Shown: positions 11,365-24,019, numbered from the stretch's first letter. The stretch is 64,000 nt of DNA from Narcine bancroftii (GCF_036971445.1 NC_091470.1:240560001-240624000), one strand, 5' to 3'. Made by a program: numbers and translations. The notes: generated by a model not told the origin, from the sequence alone.

Positions 11365-13870
11365 AGTTACAGCACAGAAACAGGCCACCTCGGCCCCTCT
11401 AGTCTGTGCTAAACCATTATTTTCCTAGTCCCACTGATCTGCACCCTGTCCATAGCCCTCCATACCTCTCTCAGCCACGTACCTATCCAAATTCTTCTTA
11501 AATGTTTAAAATTGGGCCTGCATTTACCACCTCAGCTAGAAGCTCGTTCCACACTCCCACCACTCTGTGTGAATTTTTCCACTTTCACTCTTCTGGTTTG
11601 CATCTCACCAGAAAAAGGTGAAAAAAGCCTATCTACATGAACTCTTTATTCCCCCCTCATAATTTTAAATACTTCTGTCAAATTTCCCCTCAGTCTTCTA
11701 CACTCCAGGGAATAAAATCCAAAAACTTGTTGCACTTTTCCCTGTAACTCAATTCCAGGCAACATCCTCGTAAATGTTCTCTGCACTCTTTCCATCTTAT
11801 TGATATCTTTCCTGTAGTTGGGTGACCAAACCTGCACACAATGCTCCAAATTTAGCCTCATCAATGTCTTATACAACTACCATAACATCCCAACTCCTGC
11901 ACTCAATACAGTACAACCCTGATTATCCAAAATGGTCGGAACTGGGCCCATTTTGGATAAATGTTTGTTAAGGAGAGGAAACAGGCATTTTTTAATTAGC
12001 AACAAAAACAACAAACAATAAGGTACGGCATTTTAAGTATTAAAGTAATGTTTAATTCTCAGCAGAAAAAATGCTGGCCACCGCCGATCACCAACACCTC
12101 CCCACAGGGCCCCGCTTGTGCCTGGAGCCCGAGAGTCCCTGCTGCTGCGCCGCCAGGTGCAAACTGAGCATTTTGGATAATCTTTGATTTATGAAGGCCA
12201 ATCTGCCAATAGGTCTCTTAAGAACCCTATCCACCTGTGACATCTCTTTCAGGGAATTATGTTATCTGTCTTCCCAGATTTTTTTTATAACCACACTCCT
12301 CAGTGCTTTACCATTTACCGAGTGTATCCTTTTTAGTTTGTCCTTCCAAAATGCAACACCTCACACTTGTCTGCATTAAATTCCATCTGCCATTTTTCAG
12401 CCCATTTTACCACCTGTTCCAGATCCCTCTGCAAGCTTTGAAAACCTTCTTCACTGTCCGCAACACTGTCAATCTTTGTGTCATCTGCAAACTTACTGAT
12501 CCAATTTACCATATTATCTTCCAGATCATTGATATAGATGACAAACAACAATGGTCCCAATACCGATCCCTGAGACAAACTGGAGACAGCAGTCCTCCAA
12601 TCTGAGAAGCAATCTTCCACCACGACTCTCAGGCTTCGCACTTTCAGCCAATTTCAAATCCAGTTTACAACTTCTCCATGGATACCCAGTGTCTGAATCT
12701 TCTGAACTAACCCCCCATGCGGGACCTTATCAAGGGCCTTACTAAAGTCCGTGTAGACAACATCCACAGCTTTTCCTCCATCAATTTTCCTGGTAACATC
12801 CTCGAAAAACTGAGATTGGACCTACCACACACAAAGCCATGTTGACTATTCCTAATCAGTCCATGCCTATCCAAATAAATGAAAATCCAATCTCTTGTAA
12901 CACATTCAAATAATTTACCCACCATTGGCCTATAATTTCCAGCATTACTTTTGGAGCCTTTTTTAAACAATGCGAGCTACCCTCCAATACTCTGGTACCA
13001 CACTCGTGGCTAAGGACATTTTTAATATTTCTGCTAGTGCCTCTGAAATTTCTGCACTTGGCCTCCAAGATCTGATGGAATATCTTGTCAGGCCATGGGG
13101 ATTTATCCACCCTTATTTGGTTAAAGGCAGGAACCACTCCCTCCTCTTTAATCTGTATAGGTTTCATGACCTCACTGCTTGTTTTCCTTACTTCCCATGA
13201 CTGTGCTCATTTCCTGAGTGAATACTGATGAAAAAAAAACATTCAAAATCTCCCTCCATCTCTTTTGACTCCATTCAAAACTGACCACTCTCATCTTCAA
13301 GGGGACCAATTATGACCCTTACTATCCTTTTGCTCTTAATATACTTGTCATAACCTTTAGGATTTTCCTTCACATTGTCTGCCAAAGCAACCATGTCTTC
13401 TTTTAGCTTTCCTGATTTCTTAGGTTTTCCATTAAAAAAAAAATACTCCTGAAGTACCTCATTTGTTCCATGTTGTCTATTCTTCTGAACTAGATCCCAA
13501 TATCCCTCAAAAACCAAGGGTCCCTATGCCTTCTAACCTTGCCTTTGATCCTGACAGGAACGTACAAACTCTGTACTCTCAAAATTTCACCTTTGAAGGT
13601 CCTCCACTTACCTCACACATCCTTACCGGAAAACAACCTATTCCAACCCATGCATTCTAGATCCTTTCACATTTCCTCAAAATCAGCCTTTTTCCAATTT
13701 AGAATCTTAACCCGAGGCCCAGACCTATCCTTCCTTCTCCATAATTAACTTGAAACTAATGCCATTATGATCACTGGACCCAAAATATTCCCCTACACAT
13801 ACTTCTGTTACCTGTCCTATCTCATTCCTTAATGAGATCCAAAACTGCACTCTACTCTACTTGGTTCCTC
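11365..13870 (-). mobile_element. CR1 LINE ORF2, decayed, with 3' UTR
   Basis: ORFs 12333-12641 (QGSVLGPLLFVIYINDL...SKFADDTK...WQMEFNADKCEVLHFG), 11646-11876 (LEHCVQVWSP...RRLRGNLTEVFKIMRG) and 12707-12970 (GNYRP). Confidence 0.93.
11909..12181. mobile_element. Tc1/mariner-type MITE relic inserted in CR1
   Basis: Starts TA|CAGTACAACCCTGATTATCCAAAATG and ends CATTTTGGATAAT (partial inverted repeat). The CR1 text is contiguous across it (CTCAATA|CTTTGATTTATG). Confidence 0.65.
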
Positions 13871-13959
13871 TATACATTTGATTTAATGCCAATACATCTC
13901 TTCTCATACATTTTTCCTGCTCACATCCAAATGGAATATTGTTTGCTATATTTGTACTT

Positions 13960-14026
13960 TGTAGTGAGATCACTATGGCTACAGCGAGGTTATAGCCCTA
14001 AAGCTGTAGCTTGAATCTGCAGGAGA

Positions 14027-14074
<48 letters not shown>

Positions 14075-14357
14075 TAGAGTGTATTTGACATTGAGTTTAT
14101 TCAGTGGTACCTCTGCCTTTTATAGTCAGCTTGGCCATGTCACCACCGGGGCGAAGCTTGAGCAGGCTGGCTGCCGATTGGTTATCTCAGATGCCCGGGA
14201 CCCGATTGGGCCCCCTGCGATTCACCAGCAGTGATTGGCCAGTTTCACTGTTCTGCCGGCGGCCTATCGAAACGGGCATTTCAGCCTGCACGATGTTTTG
14301 CCAGTCGCTGCGTTTGACGTCAATTTCCTGTGTTGGCCTGAGGCATGGGCTGCTACA
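13960..14357 (-). mobile_element. Solo LTR (Gypsy-like)
   Basis: TGTAG...CTACA termini; 4-bp TSD ACTT (13956-13959 / 14358-14361); TATA and AATAAA on the minus strand; related to 53608-53954. Confidence 0.85.
14030..14071. repeat. (AC)n microsatellite inside the solo LTR
   Basis: About 21 perfect AC units. Confidence 0.97.
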
Positions 14358-15317
14358 ACTTTGACTTTTTCTTAAACTTCTCAACTTTAAGACAAATTTA
14401 AGACAGAGGAATTGTTTCTAACTGAGACCTACCTCATTGAATATATTAAATACACAAATTTCTGAAGAATATAGGAATTAAGATTAATGAGGAATAAACG
14501 GGCAAGTACAGCCAAGTCCACAGAAAGATCAGCCATAATCATTCAATGTCAGAGCTGGCTTGATGGGCCAAATCACTTGCTGTCCCCATTATTTTTCTTG
14601 CAATCCAAGGCATGCTTGTGAATCTTAATAACAAGCTAAAAATTATCCATTTTGGCTGGGAAAATATTGAAAAATGAACACGTGGTCAAAACAATAGAAG
14701 ATAGCACAGCTGTGTGATGCAGATGCATCTGGATATTGCAATGAAACCAAGTACAGCAAGTAATTGGAAAACTTAACAGTTTCCATACTTCTTTAAAATG
14801 TAAAAGGAAGTCATTTCGGTCCAGTGAGGTTACACTAATTCCTCTTATTAATTTTCCATATCAACTAATCTACCTTAACCCCCATTAACACCCCCTAGAT
14901 TCTGTCATTCAAAAACACACAAGGGCCATTTCCAGGGGTGACTGGAACACTCCACTGGAAATGGAGTACAAAAGTAGAAGATTCGGCTTCAATTATATAG
15001 GGCCTTGTTAAGACCACCTGTAGCACATGATCAAAATTTGTCTCCTTAAGGATGTTAATGCATTGTAAGCAATTAGGATTTCTACTAGATTAAAATAAGG
15101 AATGGATAGATTGTCTAAAGAGCAATAGCTTGAGGCCAGGTTTGGTTAGATGAACAAGAAACAACTTGATTAAAATACAAGATCCTAATGGGTCTTCACA
15201 GGACGGATGTGGAGAAGAGGCCTTCCTCTCATGGGAGAATCTAAAACTAGGGAGTGGTCAATAAAGAAGTGTTTATGGCCTCTACAAAAGTTCAATGTAC
15301 AGATACAAAAGTATTAC

Positions 15318-15374
15318 CTGGCATAGTTTCTGAGGAACACGAAGCAAGTGTAATTAACATGAGAAAAAAGATAA
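15318..15374 (-). other. Candidate exon with two in-frame acceptors (57 nt, or 12 nt at 15318-15329)
   Basis: Long pyrimidine tract, ttcatag| and ttcctcag| acceptors, CAG|gtaata donor. Confidence 0.35.
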
Positions 15375-16390
15375 CTATGAAAGAAAGACAACAAAAGCAA
15401 CAAGCATTCACAACTGGCCCACAGTGCAAAAAGAAATGTGTCAGTAGTGTGACAGATTTTTGGTTGCCTGAAGATGTTGTCATTTAATACAGAGATAATG
15501 GCAATTTTTTTCTGATGGCAATGCATCATTCCAACACATTTCCTTGCAGGGTAGAACCAGATGCTTCAGAAGTTATTTTTACAGCATAGGTTATTCCAGT
15601 CTCAGGAATCTGGAGTTGGTTACAATCAAATCAGAAAAATAATTTTAAGCAGAATGTTTGATTCAGTTCGCACCCAAAATCTCTCTCCTGTACTCCCTTC
15701 ATAAATAATTAATTTGGGGCAGATGCATGGATTCAATTATACCAAGGCTCCTCATTATTCGACTGGTCAGCAAGATATGGCAGGTACTCAACAATGCTTA
15801 AGCATATGCTCTTCAAGTTATCAATGAAAAAAAAACACTCCCCTTTCTAACCTCAATGTCAGGAATACTCATTTAAATGAATAGAGACACTGAACCGACT
15901 CCATGTCAGATCTGGCTGGTAATGGATCAGAGAAGGAATACCAGTGAACTCCAGCCTATACTGCTGGAGTTGATCGAGTTTACCAGAGCAGCAGTTGCAT
16001 CAGCATTTTGCTTGTCTGGCTTTCTCCCAAGTCCATGACAAGTCTGGGACATACTTCTTTGTGAGTTGCTGAATGCCGTAAGTTTTTTTTTAAAACCAAC
16101 CACAAAAAACTCAATTTGGCCCAGATTTAGTTTATTCAGTGTACCGTGGAACAATCAATTTTCAGTTACGACTTACTCACAAGAATGCACAAAGGGATAG
16201 ATACTGCGTAAAGATACTGGACAACACTACAAGAGAAGAAACAAAGATTCGCATTTTGAATTCAGACTATTTTTTAAATTTGATTTTCTGGGTACGTCAT
16301 GACAATGAAATAGAAACAAGAATAATTAAATGTCGATCAATCAAACCCAAATATAAATAGGAGACCAGAAACATTAGTTTCAGTTATCCT

Positions 16391-16590
16391 CGGTTGGTGG
16401 AGTGGTTAGCGCAACGCTTTTACAGTGCCAGTAATCAGGACTGGGGTTCGAATCCCACACTGTCTGTAAGGAATTTGTACACTCTCACCGTATCTGCATG
16501 GGTACTGGGGGGCGTGTAGGTTAATTGCGTGTAAATTTGGTGGCATGGAATCATGGCCCAAAATGGCCTGTTTCTGTATTGTAAATCTTA
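16391..16590 (+). mobile_element. tRNA-derived SINE (V-SINE-like)
   Basis: A-box TGGTGGAGTGG and B-box GGTTCGAATCC, conserved body (CTGTAAGGA.TTTGTAC), LINE-like tail GGCCTGTTTC. Confidence 0.85.
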
Positions 16591-17249
16591 AAAAAATTTA
16601 AATGGCCTGCTGAAATAAATTTATAAATACAACTTCTGACAGCTACATTTTTATCTTGATTAAGCATTCATTTATATAAAAGATATTCAAGAACATTTGT
16701 ATATATCCTAGTCCCAGATAACCTTTACCCAAATGCTTGATGCATTGTAAATATAGGCATTGTTTAATTTTAAAACTTAAATACATTGTTCTGAAATGTA
16801 TAAACTAATATTGCCATTGTACATCCAAAGATACTTTATACCCTGTTGGAGAGAATCTATTGAAGATCATTTTCATAAATTTTTAAGGAATAAAAATCTA
16901 CCCCGTTACTAAACAGCGAAGCACTTTGAAGTAATGTCTGACCTTCAACAAATACTGGAATAGTCTTGTCACTTGGTAGATGTTGATAGAGCTACAGGTT
17001 CTTGGCAACTTTACTATGTGAGTAGTTATTGCATTTTTAAAACCAACAAGATCCTTAATTTTAAAAAAAATATGGGCATATATTTATTGTTCAAACCCAA
17101 TTCTATTCCACAGGATGAAAACTTGTTATTGCTATCTCTTTGAACTAATGCAATGAATAATACAGGCTAGAATATTAAAATTTTGGTCCAGTGAGTTAAA
17201 GTAGCAAAGTGTAATTAAATCATGGCAACAAGTGATCAGATTTGAGTGA

Positions 17250-17965
17250 TGGTGCCAGCTCTGCTCATCTGGCTGGAAAACAACAATGTCATCAAAACCA
17301 AGGAGCTAATTGTTATTTCGGGAAGGGAAAAGCAAAGGTGTACGATCCAGTGATGATTGAGGGAAGAGAGGTAGGGAAGGTGGAGCAAATTTAAGTTCTG
17401 GGAGACACCATCTTGGAGGATCTTTCCTGGACCAAACACACTAACGGGTTCGTGAAGAAAATGCGTCAACACCTCTGCTTCCTTAGGAGATTGCAGAGGT
17501 TTGGTATGAAATCGGAAACCCTGGCAAATTTCTACAAAGGTGTAGTTGAAAGTGTGCTGAGCGGCTCACCAGTTTGGTATGGGGACACTTCTGAGTGGAA
17601 AGTCCTGCAAAAGGTAGTAGACACACCCCAGGACATTACAGGCAAAACCCTCCCCACCATCGATAAAATCTACATGGAACGCTGCCATTGGAGAGCAGCA
17701 GCAATCATAAAGGATCCACACCACCTAGCACACTCTCTGTTCTCAGAGCTATCACCAAGGAAGAGGTCTAGGTGCCACAAGACTTGCACCACCAGGTTTA
17801 GGAACAGCTGCTACCCTTCCACCATCAGACTCAACAACACATTCCATCAGGGACTCATTTAACAACTCTTACTTTATTTTTTTTCACCATTTTGCAGTTT
17901 TCTTTATTTGTTTACATGCTATATGTACTTTCTTCTCTCAGTTTTCTTTGTTTGAACACACTGTA
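17250..17965 (+). mobile_element. Rex1/Babar-type LINE 3' fragment
   Basis: ORF 17413-17862 (EDLSWTKHT...FLRRLQRFGM...RFRNSCYPSTIRLN) and 3' UTR; the UTR appears to resume after the L1 at about 24147. Confidence 0.88.
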
Positions 17966-18344
17966 TGACAACACTTCTAAAACATAAAATATTTCAACCA
18001 TTCCCACATCTAAAATTCCTTTAACCCCAAGTGTCCTCCCCCCCCCCCGCCTCTCTGAGTCGCCCCTTGTCCCTTGCTGGGCAACCACAACTCCCCTCTC
18101 CATTCTGACTGCGAACCCATTCGCAAGTGTCAACTGATTTTGCAATGACTGTTATTCTCTTCCCCCCTCCATAAAAGACTTATCTTCACATTACAACAAA
18201 GCTCCCCCTCGTTTCTTCTTTTTCTTATGTTTTATTTATTTATTGTTAATTTTTTTAACCCCTCCTTTTTTCCCCCCTTCTCCCTTCTTTTTCTTTGGCT
18301 TGGCTTCGCGGACGAAGATTTATGGAGGGGGTAAAAAGTTCACG

Positions 18345-21300
18345 TCAGCTGCAGGCTCGTTCGTGGCTGACAAGTCCGATGCGGGACAGGCAGACACGAT
18401 TGCAGCGGTTGCAAGGGAAAATTGGTTGGTTGGGGTTGGGTGTTGGGTTTTTCCTCCTTTGCCTTTTGTCAGTGAGGTGGGCTCTGCGGTCTTCTTCAAA
18501 GGAGGTTGCTGCCCGCCAAACTGTGAGGCGCCAAGATGCACAGTTTGAGGCGTTATCAGCCCACTGGCGGTGGTCAATGTGGCAGGCACCAAGAGATTTC
18601 TTTAGGCAGTCCTTGTACCTTTTCATTGGTGCACCTCTGTCACGGTGGCCAGTGGAGAGCTCGCCATATAACAGGATCTTGGGAAGGCGATGGTCCTCCA
18701 TTCTGGAGACGTGACCCATCCAGCGCAGCTGGATCTTCAGCAGCATGGACTCGATGCTGTCGACCTCTGCCATCTCGAGTACTTCGACGTTAGGGGTGTA
18801 AGCGCTCCAATGGATGTTGAGGATGGAGCGGAGACAACGCTGGTGGAAGCGTTCTAGGAGCCGTAGGTGGTGCCGGTAGATGACCCATGATTCGGAGCCG
18901 AACAGGAGTGTGGGTATGACAATGGCTCTGTATACGCTTATCTTTGTGAGGTTTTTCAGTTGGTTGTTTTTCCAGACTCTTTTGTGTAGTCTTCCAAAGG
19001 CGCTATTTGCCTTGGCGAGTCTGTTGTCTATCTCATTGTCGATCCTTGCATCTGATGAAATGGTGCAGCCGAGATAGGTAAACTGGTTGACCGTTTTGAG
19101 TTTTGTGTGCCCGATGGAGATGTGGGGGGGCTGGTAGTCATGGTGGGGAGCTGGCTGATGGAGGACCTCAGTTTTCTTCAGGCTGACTTCCAGGCCAAAC
19201 ATTTTGGCAGTTTCCGCAAAGCAGGACGTCAAGCGCTGAAGAGCTGGCTCTGAATGGGCAACTAAAGCGGCATCATCTGCAAAGAGTAGTTCACGGACAA
19301 GTTTCTCTTGTGTCTTGGTGTGAGCTTGCAGGCGCCTCAGATTGAAGAGACTGCCATCCGTGCGGTACCGGATGGAAACAGCGTCTTCATTGTTGGGGTC
19401 TTTCATGGCTTGGTTCAGCATCATGCTGAAGAAGATTGAAAAGAGGGTTGGTGCGAGAACACAGCCTTGCTTCACGCCATTGTTAATGGAGAAGGGTTCA
19501 GAGAGCTCATTGCTGTATCTGACCCGACCTTGTTGGTTTTCGTGCAGTTGGATAATCATGTTGAGGAACTTTGGGGGACATCCGATGCGCTCTAGTATTT
19601 GCCAAAGCCCTTTCCTGCTCACGGTGTCGAAGGCTTTGGTGAGGTCAACAAAGGTGATGTAGAGTCCTTTGTTTTGTTCTCTGCACTTTTCTTGGAGCTG
19701 TCTGAGGGCAAAGACCATGTCAGTGGTTCCTCTGTTTGCGCGAAAGCCGCACTGTGATTCTGGGAGAATATTCTCGGCGACACTGGGTATTATTCTATTT
19801 AGTAGAATCCTAGCGAAGATTTTGCCTGCAATGGAGAGCAACGTGATTCCCCTGTAGTTTGAGCAGTCTGATTTCTCGCCTTTGTTTTTGTACAGGGCGA
19901 TGATGATGGCATCACGAAGATCCTGAGGCAGTTTACCTTGGTCCCAACAAAGCTTGAAAAACTCATGCAGTTTGGCATGCAGAGTTTTGCCGCCAGCCTT
20001 CCAGACTTCTGGGGGGATTCCATCCATACCTGCTGCTTTGCCACTTTTCAGTTGTTTGATTGCCTTATATGTCTCATCCAGGGTGGGAACCTCATCCAGC
20101 TCTAGCCTTAGGGGCTGTTGAGGGAGCTGGAGCAGGGCGGAATCTTGGACTGAGCGGTTGGCACTGAAAAGAGATTGGAAGTGTTCTGACCATCGGTTGA
20201 GGATGGAGATCTTGTCGCTGAGGAGGACTTTGCCGTCTGAGCTGCGCAGCGGGCTTTGGACTTGGGGTGAGGGGACGTACACAGCCTTTAGAGCCTCGTA
20301 GAAACCCCTGAAGTCGCCAATGTCCGCGCTGAGCTGTGTTCGTTTGGCGAGGCTAGTCCACCACTCATTTTGGATCGCCCGGAGTTTGCGCTGAAGATGG
20401 CTGCATGCGCGACGGAAGGCTTGTTTCTTCTCTGGACAGGACGGCTTTGTAAGGTGAGCCTGGTGGGCAGCTCGCTTCTTTGCCAGCAGCTCCTGGATTT
20501 CCTGGCTGTTTTCGTCAAAACCAGTCCTTGTTTTTCCTGGAGGAGAAGCCCAGTACCTCTTCAGTGGATTGCAGTATGGTAGTCTTCAACTGATCCCAGA
20601 GGGTTTCAGGGGACGGGTCCGTGAGGCAGGTTGCATCGTCGAGCTTTGCTTTGAGGTTTGCCTGGAAGTTTCCTCTCGCTTCGTCTGACTGCAGGTTTCC
20701 AACATTGAACCTCTTTCTGGGGGCTTTATTGTTCCTGGGCTTTGGCTTGAAGTGAAGGTTGAGCTTGCAGCGAACCAGCCGGTGGTCAGTGTGGCATTCA
20801 GCGCTAGGCATGACCCTGGTGTGGAGCACATCTTGTTTGTCACTTTCTCGCACCAGGATGTAGTCCAGGAGGTGCCAGTGTTTGGATCGGGGATGCATCC
20901 AGGTGGTCTTAAGGCTGTCCCTCTGCTGAAAAAGGGTGTTTGTAATGACAAGTCGCTGTTCTGCGCAGAGCTCCAACAGGAGGCGCCCATTGTCGTTGCA
21001 CTTGCCGACGCCATGCTTGCCCAGGATTCCTGGCCAGGTTTCTGAGTCTTTGCCGACACGAGCGTTGAAGTCACCCAGGATGACAACCTTGTCGGCTGTA
21101 GGGGTACGTTGGATGAGGTTGCGCAGGTCGGTGTAGAACTTGTTCTTTTCTGCTGGTTCCGCCTGGAGGGTTGGAGCATAGACACTGATGAGGGTGATGT
21201 GACGCTTGTTTTGAAGTGGGAGTCGCATGGACATGATTCGGTCCGAGAGGCCTGTCGGAAGGTTTTCAAGTTTGGAGGCAATGAAGCTCTTGACCATGAA

Positions 21301-21711
21301 GCCTACACCAGATAGGCGTCGTTCATCCGAAGGCTTGCCAGACCAGTAGAGTGTGTAGCCCGCGCCGCGTTCTTGGAGGCTGCCTACACCTGCCAGGCGG
21401 ACTTCACTGAGAGCGGCTATGTCGATGTCAAGTCTGAGGAGTTCATGTGCAATGAGGGCAGACCGACGTTCAGGTCGGTGGCAGTCAGCCTTGTCTAGCA
21501 TGGTTCTGATGTTCCAACATGCTAGCTTGAGTTTGTGAGCATCTTTAGAGGGGGAGGACGTGGAGGGGGAGGACGTGGAGGGGGAGGACGTGGAGGGGGA
21601 GGACGTGGACCTGGCCTCGGGCCTGCGCAAAGGAGCTTTTAGGTGGAGTGCAGTGCGCGCAGTACTGGCCCCACCCTTTACACCCATGGTTCGTGTGCCG
21701 TGGCCAAGCAA
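18345..21711 (-). CDS. RTE endonuclease-reverse transcriptase, about 1,110-1,120 aa, with one +1 frameshift at 20517-20520
   Basis: APE motifs (WNIRT, ALSEVR, SVYAPT, LGDFNARVG, LDYIL, TDHRLV); RT motifs (NYRGITLL, FVDLTKAFDTV, GVKQGCVLAP, LFADD); C-terminal CxxC...H...C. Removing one T from TGG TTTT GAC joins ORFs 20515-21711 and 18345-20282 without a stop (translated by hand). Confidence 0.93.
21548..21608 (-). repeat. 15-bp coding tandem repeat x4 (STSSP) in the RTE ORF N-terminus
   Basis: GAGGGGGAGGACGTG repeated four times. Confidence 0.93.
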
Positions 21712-21830
21712 GCTGGGACGTGGCAGCGAGGTCCTTGGGTCGTAGGTTTTATATCGGAGTGGCCTTCTCCTATGCAGGTTTCTTACCCGGGCTGGAGGGG
21801 CCTGCCTCCCCTCCTAGGTCGGTCCATACT

Positions 21831-22533
21831 GCCCGGACCGGGGCCGAGGCCGCCGCAGTTCACCCTGTGCCTGGATTGGGGCCGCCGCCTCCCACTCTCT
21901 GCCCGGATCGGGGCCTTCGCCTGCCCCACTCGACCGAGGCCGGGGCCGCCGTCTCCCCCTTGCTCCTGCCCGGATCGGGGCCGCCGCCGTCTACCCTTCG
22001 CCCGGACCGGGGCCGGGGCCGCTGCTGCTCTCCCTGTGCCCGGACTGGGGCCGCCGCCTCCCACTCCCTGCCCGGACCGGGGCCTCCGCCTGCCTCACAC
22101 GACCGAGGCCGGGGCCGCCGTCTCCCCCTTGCTCCTGCCCGTATCGGGGCCGCCACCGTCTACCCTTCGCCCGGACCGGGGCCGTGGCCGCTGCTGCTCT
22201 CCCTGTGCCTGGACTGGGGCCGCCGCCTCCCACTCCCTGCCCGGACCGGGGCCTCCGCCTGCCTCACTCGACCGAGGCCGGGGCCGCCGTCTCCCCCTTG
22301 CTCCTGCCCGTATCGGGGCCGCTGCCGTCTACCCTTCGCCCGGACCGGGGCCGGGGCCGCTGCTGCTCTCCCTGTGCCTGGACTGGGGCCGCCGCCTCCC
22401 ATTCCCTGCCCGGACCGGGGCCTCCGCCTGCCTCACTCGACCGAGGCTGGGGCCGCCGTCTCCCCCTTGCTCCTGCCCGTATCGGGGCCGCCGCCGTCTA
22501 CCCTTCGCCCGGACCGGGGTGGGGCCGCTGTTG
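21831..22533 (-). repeat. 169-bp CpG-rich tandem monomers (4 full plus a partial) forming the RTE 5' end
   Basis: GCCCGGACCGGGG unit starts at 21831, 22000, 22169, 22338 and 22507; the array lies inside the TSD. Confidence 0.95.
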
Positions 22534-22631
22534 CCCTTCTCCCTTACTTCCCTTTTATTCCCTCCTTTAGTTCTTACTTATACATTATTTTTATTTCTTT
22601 ATATGTAGTTTGTCGTCATTCTTTGTTCTTG

Positions 22632-24019
22632 TTACATCTCTTCATCTCTCTTTTTATCTGCAAATTCTCCTGCTTTCTCCAGATCTGAGAACAGTCTGTT
22701 TTGCTGCCCTGGGATAACCATTTTAAGCACCACTGGATATCTTAACATAAATTTATAGCCTTTCTTTCATAGGATCAATTTTGCTGCATTAAACTCCTTC
22801 CTCTTCTTTAGGAGCTCTAAACTTATGTCTGGGTAGAAATTTTTTTTTAACCTTTGTATTCCAGTGGTTTTTTTTATCTTCTCTCATTTTATTCATTGCC
22901 TTCTCCAATATATTTTCTCTTGTCGTGTATCTCAGGAATTTTACTGAAACGGATCTTGGTTTTTATTGTGACTGTGGTTTCGGGGCTAATATTCCGTGTG
23001 CCCTTTCTATTTCCATTCCTTCCTGCATTTCTGGCATTCCCAGGACTTTTGGGATCCATTCTTTTATAAATTCTTTCATATCTTTGCCTTCTTCATCTTC
23101 TTTAAGTCCCACTATCTTTATATTATTTAGTCTACTATAGTTTTCCATTATATCCATCTTATGAGCTAACAACTCCTGTGTTTCTTTAACTTTTTTGTCA
23201 CTTTCTTCAAATTTTATTTTTAAGTCAATCACTTCCATTTCTACCGCCATTACACGTTCTTCCACATTTTCTAATCTTTTCCCTACATCTGTTATGAACA
23301 GCTCTATTCTACTCACTTTTTCTTCTGTACTTTTCATTTTTCTTTTCATTTCACTAAATTCTAGTGTCAGCCATTCTTTTAATGCTTTCATTTGTTCTTG
23401 AAAATTTTTTAAATCTATGTACTGTCCATTCATTTTACCTGCTATTCCCATGTGCAGAGCTTGGTGTTCTTCTTCTTCTGTGTCTGCTCTTGGGTTTGTG
23501 TCTTCTATGTCTCTTCCTTGTATCTGTGTCTCTTCTGACTTTGTTGTTGAGCTGCTTGTCTCAATTTGTTGGGTATTTTTTTTCCTTTGTGTCTTGATGT
23601 TGGTCCTCTTCTTCTGGGTTGGATATCTGTTGTGTCTCTAGTTTCCTTTTTTCATTCTCACCCCTCCTGTTCCTGTTGTTTTCTTTATCTTCCAGCTGGG
23701 AGCCCCGCTGTCGGGTCTCTCTCAGTTGTTTGTGCTTTAGAGTATTACAGCTGGTCCCTCCTCCCATCGGTGTTGTCCTTGTCGTGTGCATCGCGCAGGT
23801 GCGAGGAAGTTGCGCACCCCAGTTTGGCTCCGTGAGCCATTTTTGCAGTCCTGTGGTTTGTGGGTCGCGACCCTGCAGGGTCTCCACTAACCTCGGGGAG
23901 TGGGCTCCTCTTTCCACGGCGGGTCCCTGCTTTTTCGTGCAGGTAAGGCCTTCACCTTTCTCTTCCAGCGTCTTTCTTTTTCTTCCCATTGTTTTTGGCT
24001 TTTCTTTCTTAGGTGCCAT
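22632..24019 (-). pseudogene. L1 ORF1, frameshifted
   Basis: Coiled coil followed by ENYSRLNNIKIVGLKEDEEG...EIERAH (ORF 22963-23451); possible start MAPKKEKPK at 24019; stop at 22632. Confidence 0.88.

Larger units (their letters stand above)
18287..22533 (-). mobile_element. Near-intact RTE-clade LINE
   Basis: Perfect 12-bp TSD CCCTTCTCCCTT (18275-18286 / 22534-22545); single EN-RT ORF; short 3' UTR ending GAAGCCAAGCCAAAGAAAAAG; 5' tandem monomers. Confidence 0.96.

Noticed and set aside
16391-16465. tRNA gene
   Set aside because: A and B boxes are present, but the sequence continues into a SINE body and tail; a second decayed copy lies at 43035-43232.
18243-21745. Many + strand and alternative-frame ORFs over the RTE
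   Set aside because: Antisense or shifted-frame shadows of a GC-rich coding sequence.
21831-22533. CRISPR-like regular repeats (also the 16-bp array at 28513-28684)
   Set aside because: These are head-to-tail tandem units with no unique spacers and no cas genes, in a eukaryotic context.
21643-22688. Long + ORFs (321 and 346 aa) and nested - ORFs
   Set aside because: Stop-poor by-products of the GC-rich 169-bp array; the same peptides rotate through the frames.
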